Assembly: GCA_000002435.2 (NCBI GenBank)
Contig: CM018790.1
DNA length: 64,000 nucleotides
Strand: one strand, 5' to 3'
DNA from: Giardia intestinalis
Lineage: Eukaryota
In this document: in pieces, positions 12,701 to 20,204 of the stretch
How positions within the stretch are numbered: position 1 is the first letter of the stretch
Layout of the letters: the number at the start of each line of letters is the position of its first letter
The notes under the pieces: model-generated
What the model was told of the DNA's origin: nothing
What the model saw: the letters and a program-made list of their open reading frames with translations, nothing else
Database searches by the model: none
Translations under genes and position numbers: made by a program

Positions 12701-13110
12701 CAATGGAGAGTAGAATCAGCCGCGCTTATCGCACAAGTGGATATCTTACATGTCCAGATTTTTCAAGTAATAGGGAGTCTGTGGCAAGCGTTGCCTTCAG
12801 TGACGGCGGGCTTGTGATAGAGTCAAACGCAACCTGTCCTGAGTCTCTCCTGTCTAGCTGGGAAGAGTTCGAACCCTCGGAATACCTGAGTATCAGCTTG
12901 AAGTATATGATGGACCGGATAGTTCTTGGCTTGAGATATTCTACCGAGCTGTGCAAACATGGGATGAATGAGATAACCCTACAAAAAACGCTTATGCAGC
13001 GATGCATCGAGATGATTAACGCCCTTAAATTTTACATTGACGGTTGGGACTACAACCCACTAATTGATCAATGTGTGGCGCTGGCTTCCCTATTAGAAAT
13101 TATTTCCTAG
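3739..13110 (+). CDS. hypothetical giant protein (3123 aa), no recognisable domain
   Basis: 9.4-kb uninterrupted ORF with a true ATG after 'cataaaaa'; Giardia-like composition; Ser/Thr-rich linkers; no kinase/BEACH/chorein motifs seen. Confidence 0.6.
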   Translation: MLPTLFVKVDNAQKWSTTDIKQPIESEVLDVDMVRRVLGRAFDLSKCPPKPTIMHVASSALCRDPVPSSVLTRYEQLSDPPILLRSVIELLTRKSAICVWPRPNPSINCVRFQLSASEMDELIAPQHSNNIHRATDAILSGQPAFLPVRYPSYSSGSLEALGDLSGYSMVPRSLRSPGGSRRPCLHLLIDITNVTYGDTNKQRYEPLWGSLAVYLRRTTDSKLTLHKVSESAHFDFTTKDVLSLMGHESSGRDVTAIAEASRLVELRFPLDCDYNLADLVLVMQLEQLWHNEHQTRHAIYSKIMSQEGKQSSKGAAREAAKMATASIIAASTASVVNTGGEKKTLFDTVGSNGSVVMTELQKKDQNSICSRAANVWKRAGAVRTPVAFGFASLDLSSLLLSPQPILDGVHKPSSDKLMQYILKSHAPILSGDKILITPLSRYNHGPAWHFVLLDQSYEDFLTNSEGFHELLEEHYREWLRKNIPEVHYIHASLTVQFLNLGVFHRSKSILTIFSELFSSTSLNPDMTINQTVARQRYLRKAYNSSVSSSSANDTPYFQGTDGMSYPTELAALLSGAADCSAPITADDLVRLLSTNSEANLARGIMDLEVGATSISQQATTAHGIVYSAELDNFFNKHAFLSPLNTGMFNNRMYLYMSKCYIRRKFTGNLLVRVELRDSDDLSSYTIIQSFYSRYTDNYNPTNAPSSSIFCSSVVQLTGYESSRVAQLGVNTVDLPLLLPSQLTCCAPHTKAAYFGTEFKLELPLVITEGMHFFFTIYSVNALHGDKQDRLVSLDDTILSHASSASGITLGASNFSTSMSTASTIYRSSRQPDSTTKSATTHRAVKNDAFTPIGYAYLPLQQFDSAHNRMYHLSADYLSLRVFETDLSSGYLSASPIGDRTSSHLVVKCTSQSSIFTQNVNVFQVLEQYSLIDQSISRATGSIAGTVASSGSSAYEIELSPLELSKLLTSLNARLQDLLEVLQKGEDPDLMVSLLHYLPVFITMHSTIQSRILLIREVTESSVVLTSMARGLSLLVLITRTFERDQPSSHDAALSYAQRILFSACVFRSKPQYDALLRDQTQYGKLVSPFLPLEPELNANKASRLERLENISKLQEPWKKVSTTSAYSLSFLLDSRTCFNNPVPSFYTKPCTDEVPSIVANAVYKSAYPETLSELTGFVEAALLHLDADTSLGAALQASWYSLQQIEKSLAFIFAETECTLEHRFYEALTPGGLLSPMSQSKSSPSDGANAYVPLSPLNSKQTPVLSSTKSPATVHTDADLLYLQSSLQRLLIILGRKMLVYIARTLDKAGVLPDVSRSIARVISVCHAFHYDTLGSVLTTCFCGQVLPTLVDTSWSYGEFKQFQIFTSIQDQIKDMHSTNFMWNTIEAETLASIETPEPVAKILTHCYKNIYYPFFSEMFSLGLPYIHFSYNQFRRYSKAGRIESEIAPVPPDNLVSIRELARAPEVRSDSVSSHALTNMATKQVLPPSSPTQRASSTSTPVPGSIVRTIPSAAIGGFSPPQTPVFPSTDKSSQPDKQRQDLFNSIERLTTEQLVPPLLKYFQEVLVHCLMRCDSATVQLIVMFMKELLLDIPFFTTDAFFGGWDKYTHHTAFLVRPVFYALIMTFTRVISLSYSADLPQAVGAAAITQRAEASVSVEERKVDLTYGESSDPSIPGLQAQDSANLRVAKIQSASMEPSNISTMSGTPNLQLGRLPTNIAATNAPDRAISTVIVRTVIHLILFALVYDRDVLSLTTTSLDHLATVCQCISMIPKYYSSDSLASSHFLSVGSMSFLDHHMANIYQAATRYEMDYIVKSSEFHSATDKMACLVGVYLRQLELLYSPSHISTSPQVDLAAIKSRHQRRPIKAKIFRNLFAKKRSASSTKGLGHNGELDLLETSTLATPSERQDRSPIRKSLFDSNATPPRSKNAFVTGRKRVSMRSKSKGGQLDKIPVQEASQDGVTGDYSDMDEFSALQASLLISSVRSSFRNSGRLGLLEASTESSILFDNQSDSTVFQLYTIADLATDTSANQALQKVDEQCIAHLGHIILVLGLSYFKRVFHQFRILISTIKGHGDYRRIISGGPFYPTLLGPDSLRHSPLATRELGNVQNSTVIKRKSIDPADKSSEQARQNTSFKRLEDVPNSHTLVCMIARMVWAVHLTIYNFIPCPLFTDQLRIKLLDYARDFVSGYKDYLYIDSRYSSIEPMFAYFNIYRVLFRLAMESRGALQNKSLAPAKDNNDDQHKKAVELAIEGKEKLYKKSVELVRMLLREESYRINRVNNVSLVQISTLFSSLVTNKNEYETMLIVIDDITRDSNALANISEKLRQILLDRNHINNMAFCINPHTGKQCYQLDYLLNLYFDQAELYFQQPEMRFEALHALFHLLLEHDRQIEAAHMAILMCSLISELTHREATISDSYDVELRYAIIPGLLISSKSSRSALLSPRSGSQALYQNIVDSPTISSVISQIPYRLEQIWLFRECIHDFRRILPGLTIQTEKDVIQRMFDQSASPFSLHDFFGHLATAGEIFLKSNYFWQASVVFSLLLQLHNKFGNINKAIEAAELYTKSIKQYLAGEQVTKSRMYLVSFHNFSEDVDVEEYIYCNNLSPDDFRLNLRTFYTAKYPDVIICGQGSRLDSDQIKAKTIRIANVTPITLIPGTDLTESILNRIQTSLLAYFSRIIGSTPASNQHHSHGLRNVAVNSTASAITEDSPLRPLSPVPRFSQQRLDAAGFNVHRYIALVLSYVCGATGPNYSSLDLKVRHPDIQKQGAHLYSFVFKYSYADTHEVDRRQDGKTAVYGQIDRYCFVPYAFPSYKTRQIVIGSYSNKIPPIVASAFRVLEKAAAITQHVQNKDPLGQIQLTLSGMLMAFVNKGPVHLAELFLKRIVPAEHNTMPKDLHSNRTQTPVLSNALSIGNLSIARVISQRAIEGTPQAQTLQVSITAESDTTQGRFSGAFGALYPGLPGTTVGAGASYDTLTRCSIRNDEPSMESRISRAYRTSGYLTCPDFSSNRESVASVAFSDGGLVIESNATCPESLLSSWEEFEPSEYLSISLKYMMDRIVLGLRYSTELCKHGMNEITLQKTLMQRCIEMINALKFYIDGWDYNPLIDQCVALASLLEIIS

Positions 13111-13557
13111 ATGAGTGTGAATCCACTGTTTACTTTGTGGGTGTAAATTTAGGTTATAATCACCAGATCAGCGGCCTAGCCCTTACTGCACCATGTATCA
13201 ATTTAGTACTACGGAAGCCATGGGTCTTCAGCAGTCTTCATCTTATGAGACTACCTTACCATCCTGTAAATATTTGGACATTATCAACTGATGCAAAAGC
13301 CCTATGTGGCCTTGAGTAAAGGACCTTTGGTGTGTAGATGTGTTTACTCGCCATCAGGATGGAAAGTATAGATACGTCAGCATTAGAGTAGGATGCTAGG
13401 ATGATCGAGAAACAGCGTCACTGTGGTGGCAAAAAGTTTGTTCAAGATTGATGGGGAGTATGTTGTAAAGGAGCATATCGTCCACAAGTATTAATATTTC
13501 CAAAATAGTGGTGGAAGATACAATGATTTAAACAAATTAAACAAATTAAAAAAGCAA

Positions 13558-16500
13558 ATGATCTGCTTGACCTGGCTTCTAGTCCTTAGCCTCACTGAAG
13601 AGTGCCAGCGTCGCGATACCACGATAGGCATCTATAGCGAAAGCGATTTTAACAAAATCAGGGACTGTCCTTGCTGCGATTATGCAATAGGTGCAGACAT
13701 CGCCTTTCAGCGCCCCATAGTCCCCATTCCTGTTTTTACCGGTAGCCTCTATGGTCAGAATCACACGCTGAGCAATATACGGTTTGATCTTAGCGGAACG
13801 CCTAATGAGTACGTTAACTGCGGAATATTTGGATTTCTGGACCAGGGGACTGTTGCAGCAGTATCCCTTGTTATCAGTCATACAATGGTTGACAGCAAAA
13901 TCCTGAACTTGGGCACTGTGGCAGGGTATGCCTACAAGCCACGACTATACATGATCAATGTAACTGGAACCATCGAAGGCACCTTTTCCACACCTTCTAG
14001 CTCAAGCGAACACCCTTATCTGGACAAAGGATCCTCCATCGGAGGCATCGTTGGCCTTTTAGAGAATGAAAACGGGGAGCCCATCACCGAGATGAGGGGC
14101 TTTGTTAATGTCTCTCTCAGCAACGTTAACAGTGTATACTATCCTCTTAATATCGGCAGCTTCTTCGGTAGATTCGAAAGCGATACCCCACTGCAGCACT
14201 TCATCATACACTGGTCGTCTACTATGCAGGTCGCTCTTAAGAGTAACACTACGGCATATGTCGGTGGCGCTGTGGGGTACTGTGCTGCAGACGTGGTGCA
14301 CGCCACAATAGGAACTAACCAGACCTCTGGAACTATAACTGGAAAGGGTACTCCAACCCTGTTTCTCGGCGGCGCGTTTGGCTCCGTCGGAGGCCTGTAC
14401 AAAATACTGAGTTGGAACAAGAACACTACCTGTGCTGCTGAAGAGGGAACTTGTGTCTCTGGCGCGATAGCCGGAATGGTCTCCACAAGGAAAGCGGTAT
14501 ATAATTTAACCTTTGGCGGCCCCTCAACCGTTAGTTGTGATGCACTGTCATGCACAACTGGTGGGGTGATAGGCAGTGCAGACGCAGGGAAGTTTGATAC
14601 GATGCTGTTCAACGGATCTGTCAGCTGCAAAGCACGCGATACAGTAACGTGTGGTGGGGTGTTTGGTCATGTCTTTTCATCCCTTGATAGGATCTATTCA
14701 TATGCACAGAGCGTTGTAGCATCTTCAGTTGCTAGCTCTTCAGACATGATCATGGCTGTAGGAGGCCTTGCCGGTATTATTGGAGGAGACTCACTGAACG
14801 GGGAAATGCTCGTTATCAATTCCAGTGTTTCCAATGTAACAACTGTTAGTGGAACCGGTCCTGGCTCTATCTTCATAGGCGGGTTTGCAGGAAAAATAGC
14901 AATGCAAGCAGTGAGACTCATACGGATTTACTCATGTGCAGCATACAGCAATACAGTCAATGCAACAGAGACGTCCTCTAGTTACGCAATTAGCAATCAT
15001 GCTACAGCAGGCGGTTTTGTCGCGTTCTCCAAAATGGCAAAGTACGATTTTTCCTACTCGTACAATAGCCAGAATATATCAGCGGAAAGTAAGCTTTCAT
15101 CTGCTGCTGCCGGCGGCTTTGTCGGAGACGGGCTTGAAACGCACGGAAATCATATGATGATATACAACGCATACATAAATGGCACCAGTGGCGGGCCAGA
15201 ACAGGCATCTGTCCGTGTAGGCGGGTTCGGTGGGGGACTAGAAGGGAATGCCTTGGTTCGCTATACTGGTGCTTTCAGTAAAGCTCTAATTGGAAAGTCG
15301 GTAGCCCAAGCAGCTCTCAATGTAGGAGGGTTTGCTGGGATTCTCCAGGGAGCTCACTCTTACGGCGGGTTTTGCGAGGCCGACATCATTGATGTGACAG
15401 CCACTGGGGATGCTGGTCGCTATTCTGTAGGGGGGTTTGTTGGGACACTGAATGGTGTGACATCATACGTCAACGGAGCGTGGGCAAAAGCCAACATCAA
15501 AGTAACTAATCCTGGTAGTGCAGCTTTCGACTCTAAAAAGGGTATGAGGATTGGTGGCTTTGTAGGGACAATGGAGAGCTCGTCAGTCTTAAACTCAACT
15601 CAGGCTTTTGGATCGATCACGCTGAGCCAAGCCCAATCAGCTAAGGCTGGTGCGATGGTGGGTGCAGCACATACAGCAAACATATCAGCATGCATGAGCA
15701 ATGTAACATTCTCCTCGTCTCCATCACAATCCGATCCCTTCAAGATGGTGGGATACTCGGACGGGACGATCAGCATGGACGATGGCTCGATGAACTTCCA
15801 AATTGTAGAAACAGAAGGACAGGCAAGCGAAACCAACGTGACGTATTTGACCTGGGACAAGGCGAAGAAGAACAGCAGCTATCAAACTACATCAGGTAGC
15901 TATTATCACGGGTTCAATTTAAACAACCCTAGTAGGCGCCAATATCTCATTAAGTACGAGAACGAGTACCCAGGCCTTCAAGTTTTACCCAACCCTTGCT
16001 CGGTAGATAATCCGCGCTGGAGGGAGGGCAACTATTGCATCTTTGTGGAGTTCAACGTCAACATAACACTGTCCAGTGAGTACATGGATGGCAAGCCTTT
16101 CGTTGCAGCGCATGTAGCGCCAGACACGTGCCCGGACTTCTCCGTCTGCCGGGGGCACTACACTAGTCCTCTTACCGTTGACTGCAATCCTGGCTTTGGA
16201 GGGTTGCGCTGTGGAAATTGCACCACCGACTCAGCATGTGCTCATGGAGGTAGCTGTGACAAGTCCTTTGGTTCTTCATATGGATCGTGCAAGTGTGTTC
16301 GGGGTTACAAAGGTGTCGACTGCACATACGAAACCTGCGGGGGGTATAAGAACGATCAATGTAATGGATTGGGCATGTGTACCTATGTCAATGATGGCTT
16401 TTATATCTGTGATTGCCCATCCAAGGAGTACTACATCAAGAATCAGCTCTGTGCCAAGGGGTGCATGGGCCTCACAACCGGCATGTGTGTAGGTCCGCCC

Positions 16501-16824
16501 TCCAACTTAGATAGAAATATACTCTGTCCTCCAGGGCAATCCTATAAAACGTTCTGTGGATCACAATCAGGCGTAAATCAGAGCGGGTATATTGCATCCA
16601 TCAGCATTATGACGATAATCGCCGTAGTTGCGGTCATTCTTCTGGTCCTAGTTGCGCTGGGGAAGGTTTCCTTTACCTGTTGCAAAGCCAACGGAGGCCA
16701 CCAGAGAGATCTGGGAGATTCCATGCCACTGGCAGATCGTGAAATGGTCAACAGCATCCACTCACCACTGGACGCAAGTGTTCGCCGTATCCAAAGCGTT
16801 AGTGGTGGGGTGTCAATCCTCTAA
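13558..16824 (+). CDS. secreted/type-I membrane protein: N-terminal ~15 x [IV]GG[FIV][VA]G beta-helix-like repeats (GLUG-like), Cys-rich EGF-like modules, single C-terminal TM
   Basis: Signal peptide MICLTWLLVLSL. Periodic GGFVG/GGFAG/GGLAG repeats every ~30-35 aa. EGF-like CxCxxGYxGxxC modules at 1000-1070. TM IMTIIAVVAVILLVLVALG followed by a short cytoplasmic tail. True ATG after 'aaaaaagcaa'. Confidence 0.65.
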   Translation: MICLTWLLVLSLTEECQRRDTTIGIYSESDFNKIRDCPCCDYAIGADIAFQRPIVPIPVFTGSLYGQNHTLSNIRFDLSGTPNEYVNCGIFGFLDQGTVAAVSLVISHTMVDSKILNLGTVAGYAYKPRLYMINVTGTIEGTFSTPSSSSEHPYLDKGSSIGGIVGLLENENGEPITEMRGFVNVSLSNVNSVYYPLNIGSFFGRFESDTPLQHFIIHWSSTMQVALKSNTTAYVGGAVGYCAADVVHATIGTNQTSGTITGKGTPTLFLGGAFGSVGGLYKILSWNKNTTCAAEEGTCVSGAIAGMVSTRKAVYNLTFGGPSTVSCDALSCTTGGVIGSADAGKFDTMLFNGSVSCKARDTVTCGGVFGHVFSSLDRIYSYAQSVVASSVASSSDMIMAVGGLAGIIGGDSLNGEMLVINSSVSNVTTVSGTGPGSIFIGGFAGKIAMQAVRLIRIYSCAAYSNTVNATETSSSYAISNHATAGGFVAFSKMAKYDFSYSYNSQNISAESKLSSAAAGGFVGDGLETHGNHMMIYNAYINGTSGGPEQASVRVGGFGGGLEGNALVRYTGAFSKALIGKSVAQAALNVGGFAGILQGAHSYGGFCEADIIDVTATGDAGRYSVGGFVGTLNGVTSYVNGAWAKANIKVTNPGSAAFDSKKGMRIGGFVGTMESSSVLNSTQAFGSITLSQAQSAKAGAMVGAAHTANISACMSNVTFSSSPSQSDPFKMVGYSDGTISMDDGSMNFQIVETEGQASETNVTYLTWDKAKKNSSYQTTSGSYYHGFNLNNPSRRQYLIKYENEYPGLQVLPNPCSVDNPRWREGNYCIFVEFNVNITLSSEYMDGKPFVAAHVAPDTCPDFSVCRGHYTSPLTVDCNPGFGGLRCGNCTTDSACAHGGSCDKSFGSSYGSCKCVRGYKGVDCTYETCGGYKNDQCNGLGMCTYVNDGFYICDCPSKEYYIKNQLCAKGCMGLTTGMCVGPPSNLDRNILCPPGQSYKTFCGSQSGVNQSGYIASISIMTIIAVVAVILLVLVALGKVSFTCCKANGGHQRDLGDSMPLADREMVNSIHSPLDASVRRIQSVSGGVSIL

Positions 16825-16886
16825 TTGACCAGCCGTCACTAATCTCATCTTTAGCGGAGAATAGCCGTAAAGATAGGAATAAGTAC

Positions 16887-16893
16887 ATTCACT
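16887..16893 (-). promoter_or_regulatory. putative Giardia polyadenylation signal AGTGAAT overlapping the PITP stop codon
   Basis: Minus-strand aAGTGAATg matches the AGTRAAY consensus, with the TGA stop embedded in it. Confidence 0.35.
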
Positions 16894-17926
16894 TGTCATC
16901 GGCCTTATCGGCATCCTCGACAACTTCGTCGTCATCATCATCTCCAGTGGACTCTTCTTCCTTGGAGTCATTGTTTGCTGCCTCGCGCTCCGCAATGGTC
17001 CTCTTCAAGGCCTCGGCCGCGTCATTCTCCATCTTTTTGATGTCATCCATAGTCATTCCTTTCCACTCATCCCACCAGATACAGCACTTCTTGTGTGTTT
17101 CTGTGAACACCGACTCCATCTTCTTCCCTAGTATGCCTTCGATGAGCTTCTCGCCTGGAAAAGCCGTATGGACCTTCAGGATTTTGTAGACTATGCAATG
17201 GTCGCCGTTGTTTTCCTTAGAGATACGCTTAATGTCTGCCTTCAGAGGGCCCTCACTGAGAGCCTTCGGTGCTTCCCTGTTCTCCTTGGCAGCAAGCTTC
17301 TTCTCCTTAGCTTCCTTTTTCTTGTCTATCTTCAGAGGCTGTGTGACATCGCAATACACACGCTCGATGACACCCCCCTTGGCCTCTGCAAACTCTAGCT
17401 TCGAAATATCCTCTGTATCTTTGCGCTCTTTAAGGGCCTCCTTGTCCTTCTTCAGCGATTCCTTATCTTTCTTCTCAAGAGTAAATGACTCCGGTATACT
17501 CTTGCGAACCTCCTCGGGGAGGTCGAAGGTCTCGGCGTATGATGCGTTCTTCGGAGCACTATAGACCCAGGTCTCAACCGACATCGCCAGCTTATCGGGG
17601 TACCCGGGGTTATGGTAGGACGTAACCGTGTGGGGGAAGGCGTTGTAACAGGTCTCCTCCATCTTGAGACCCTTCTTGGGAATCAGATTTGCAATGGCCT
17701 TGGGTACCATTTTGGACAAGTGAAGCAGCTTAAAGGTATAGATGCCGGATTCCTCCTGTCCTGAGGGGAGTGTGCGAGTGTACGGCTCATTTTTGAGAAT
17801 CTCAAACCCATCAGAAGACTTCTTGGAGCTCTCTTCTAAGGTAGATCTGGCAACCATGTAGAGCTGCCCGAGTTTATACTTCTCGATCGAGAAGGGAAGG
17901 GGGATGGCAAACACATAGTAGCGCAT
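16889..17926 (-). CDS. phosphatidylinositol transfer protein (PITP alpha/beta class) with acidic C-terminal tail
   Basis: N-terminus [29 protein letters not shown] aligns to PITP [44 protein letters not shown] aligns to PITP DKWVDLTMDDIRRME. The ORF-track start at 17962 is a TTG; the first ATG is at 17926. Confidence 0.8.
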   Translation of the reverse strand: [345 protein letters not shown]

Positions 17927-17998
17927 GTATTTTTGTTGTCGAATATTGTTTTTAAGACACAAAATTTTGAATTTCCCAACTTCGTATTTTCAAAAAGC
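17927..17998. promoter_or_regulatory. 72-bp AT-rich bidirectional promoter (PITP - / PF16 +)
   Basis: Divergent ATGs 72 bp apart; sequence gtatttttgttgtcgaatattgtttttaagacacaaaattttgaatttcccaacttcgtattttcaaaaagc. Confidence 0.4.
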
Positions 17999-19507
17999 AT
18001 GGCAACTAATCGCTTCGTCGTAGCGCACTTCGAGGCCTATCAGAAAGCACGGCAAGATTTTGTTCAGGGGCTAGCAGAATTAGCACAGCATCCCCAGAAT
18101 GTGGAAACGATAAAATCTCTCGGTGGTGTGGCTCTCTGCAGATCTTTGTTAATGGATAATGTGCCATCCATACAGCACTCTGCGGCCACAGCTCTAGGGA
18201 GAATTGCTAACTTTTCCGAGGAGATGGCCGAACTGGTCGTTGCGAACGATGTTCTTCCTCAGTTGGTATTCTCTCTCGCGGAACGGAATCGGCACTACCA
18301 AAAAGCCGCAGCATTTGTGCTTCGCAGTGTCGCCCGTCACTCTCCGTCTCTGGCCCAGGCTGTGGTTGATGCAGGATCTTTAGAGCCTCTTGCAATCTGT
18401 TTGGACGAGTTTGATCCGTGTGTCAAGGAGGCTGCAGCTTGGGCACTGGGGTACATTGCACGTCATAACGAGCACTTAGCGCAAGCAGTTGTTGATGCTG
18501 GCGCTGTTCCTTTTCTCATTGCTGCTGCACAAGAACCTGAGCTGAGCCTGAAACGCATCGCTGTTTCGGCTCTTTCAGACATATCTAAACACACACCAGA
18601 ACTCGCACAAGCAGTCGTGGACGCTGGGGCTATCTCCTACATCAGTCCTCTAATCTCGTCTAAGGATGCGAGGGTGCGACGCCAGGTGTGCTCCGCCTTG
18701 TCTCAGCTGGCCAAGCACTCAGTGGAACTGGCAGAGCTCTGCGTTGAAGGTGAGATATTTCCACGTGCCCTTCTTCTTCTTCGGGACAAGGACAGTATTA
18801 CTTCGCGCAACGCGGCGACACTTGTTCGCGAGGTGGTAAAGCACACAGCAGAGTTGGCTCAGCTAGTCGTTAATGCTGGAGGCATTGGTGCCCTCGTTGA
18901 GTTCATATCTGTGACGCGAGGACCAGACCGGCTTCCAGGAATAATGGCTCTGGGCTTTATAGCAGCCTTTAGCGAAACTTTGGCCCTCTCCATTATAGTT
19001 GCAAAGGGGGTGACGCCGTTAGTCAGTTGCCTGGTCTCTGAAGTAGAGGATCATGTGCTGGCTGCAACTGTTTGGACCTTGGGGCAGATAGGCCGTCACT
19101 CCCCCGACCATGCGAAAGCCATCTGTGACGCAAACGTTCTGCCCAAACTTCTGGCTCTATTCATCAGTGAGAGCTCCAGTGACGACCTAAGACAAAAGGC
19201 GAAGAGAAGTATCAAGTTCACTGTACAAAAGACAACAGCGCTCCCTGCCCTTGACCCCCTGCTCTTCCAGAGTCCACCGTCCATACTGAAGCACGTCGTG
19301 GCTCAGTATGCAAAGATACTCCCCAAGGATGTAGAGTCCAGGAGACAATTTGTTACATCCGGCGGATTGCAGAAAATACAATCCATCGCATGTGAGCCGG
19401 GAACAAAACTTTATGAAGCCATCGAGCAATGCAATGCGTGCTTCCCAGACGAAATAGTTAAGTACTACACCCGAAAGCCAGAGAATATGCTCGATCTGAT
19501 CAAGTAA
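17999..19507 (+). CDS. PF16: axonemal central-pair armadillo-repeat protein PF16/SPAG6
   Basis: Near-collinear match to SPAG6/PF16 (FEAYQKARQDFVQ..., AAFVLRSVARHSP, KEAAAWALGYIARHN, AQAVVDAGAVPFL, NAGGIGALVEFI...). The ORF-track start at 17933 is a TTG; the ATG is at 17999 (MATNRFVVAHFEAYQ). Confidence 0.88.
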   Translation: MATNRFVVAHFEAYQKARQDFVQGLAELAQHPQNVETIKSLGGVALCRSLLMDNVPSIQHSAATALGRIANFSEEMAELVVANDVLPQLVFSLAERNRHYQKAAAFVLRSVARHSPSLAQAVVDAGSLEPLAICLDEFDPCVKEAAAWALGYIARHNEHLAQAVVDAGAVPFLIAAAQEPELSLKRIAVSALSDISKHTPELAQAVVDAGAISYISPLISSKDARVRRQVCSALSQLAKHSVELAELCVEGEIFPRALLLLRDKDSITSRNAATLVREVVKHTAELAQLVVNAGGIGALVEFISVTRGPDRLPGIMALGFIAAFSETLALSIIVAKGVTPLVSCLVSEVEDHVLAATVWTLGQIGRHSPDHAKAICDANVLPKLLALFISESSSDDLRQKAKRSIKFTVQKTTALPALDPLLFQSPPSILKHVVAQYAKILPKDVESRRQFVTSGGLQKIQSIACEPGTKLYEAIEQCNACFPDEIVKYYTRKPENMLDLIK

Positions 19508-19562
19508 ATGAACCCAAGTCCGGGTACCAAGTATAGCGTTCTAAGGACTGCAGCATGGCAGC

Positions 19563-20156
19563 TCACCAAATAGCAGTCTCCAGGTTGTCGTCTTCACGTG
19601 CATTGCCGCTATCGATAAGGAGCTCCGAGAGAAGCCATGAGAAAGCCTCATCGAGGCCCTGGCGACTCATAGCAGAACAGGGAAGCACAGCCCACTTTCT
19701 ATTACTGCATAGAGCATCTAGGGTAATGGCAGCAGAAATCTCTTCAACAGACAAGGCTGAAGGTATGTCCTGCTTGTTGCATAGGATCATCACAGGGCAG
19801 CCCTGGAGGCGCTCGGCATGAAGAACTTCGCTGAGTGCCTTTCTACATGTGTCCATCCTTCGCCGGTCTGTGGAATCGACCACCCAAATAAGCGCATCCG
19901 TGGATGAAAAGTAGTTGCGCCAGTATGTTCTGATGGTCTGCTGTCCACCAACATCCCAAAGCGCAACGGCCATAGAGGTGTTCTGGGGTCGCCACGTGCT
20001 GATTTTGAAACCAAGAGTCGGTGCAATCTCTGTAAGTGGCTTTCCCAGAAGAGAGCTGACGATAGTGGTCTTGCCAGAGCAGTCCAGCCCAACAACTAAG
20101 ACTCGTGCTTCATTTTCAGAGGCTTTGATGGCGCGCAAGACGGAGAGAAAGCCCAT
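19563..20156 (-). CDS. ARL2: ARF-like small GTPase ARL2
   Basis: MGFLSVLR...VVGLDCSGKTTI...WDVGGQQTIRTYWRNYF...NKQD. Collinear with ARL2 over the full length; true ATG at 20156. Confidence 0.85.
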   Translation of the reverse strand: MGFLSVLRAIKASENEARVLVVGLDCSGKTTIVSSLLGKPLTEIAPTLGFKISTWRPQNTSMAVALWDVGGQQTIRTYWRNYFSSTDALIWVVDSTDRRRMDTCRKALSEVLHAERLQGCPVMILCNKQDIPSALSVEEISAAITLDALCSNRKWAVLPCSAMSRQGLDEAFSWLLSELLIDSGNAREDDNLETAIW

Positions 20157-20204
20157 AAGATTGTCCTAAATCTGGTTAACAAGAATAAGATTTTTTCACA
20201 TCAA
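20157..20204. promoter_or_regulatory. 48-bp AT-rich bidirectional promoter (ARL2 - / kinase +)
   Basis: Divergent ATGs separated by ttgtcctaaatctggttaacaagaataagattttttcacatcaa. Confidence 0.4.

Noticed and set aside
16889-17962. ORF-track 5' extensions (e.g. MCLKNNIRQQKY- on PITP, MKIIV- on DRG, MLSNIVFKTQNF... on PF16, MPRTLARLIRAHRGSK- on GST)
   Set aside because: Their 'start' codons are TTG, GTG or ATT in the sequence. I replaced them with the first in-frame ATG, which also restores family-typical N-termini.
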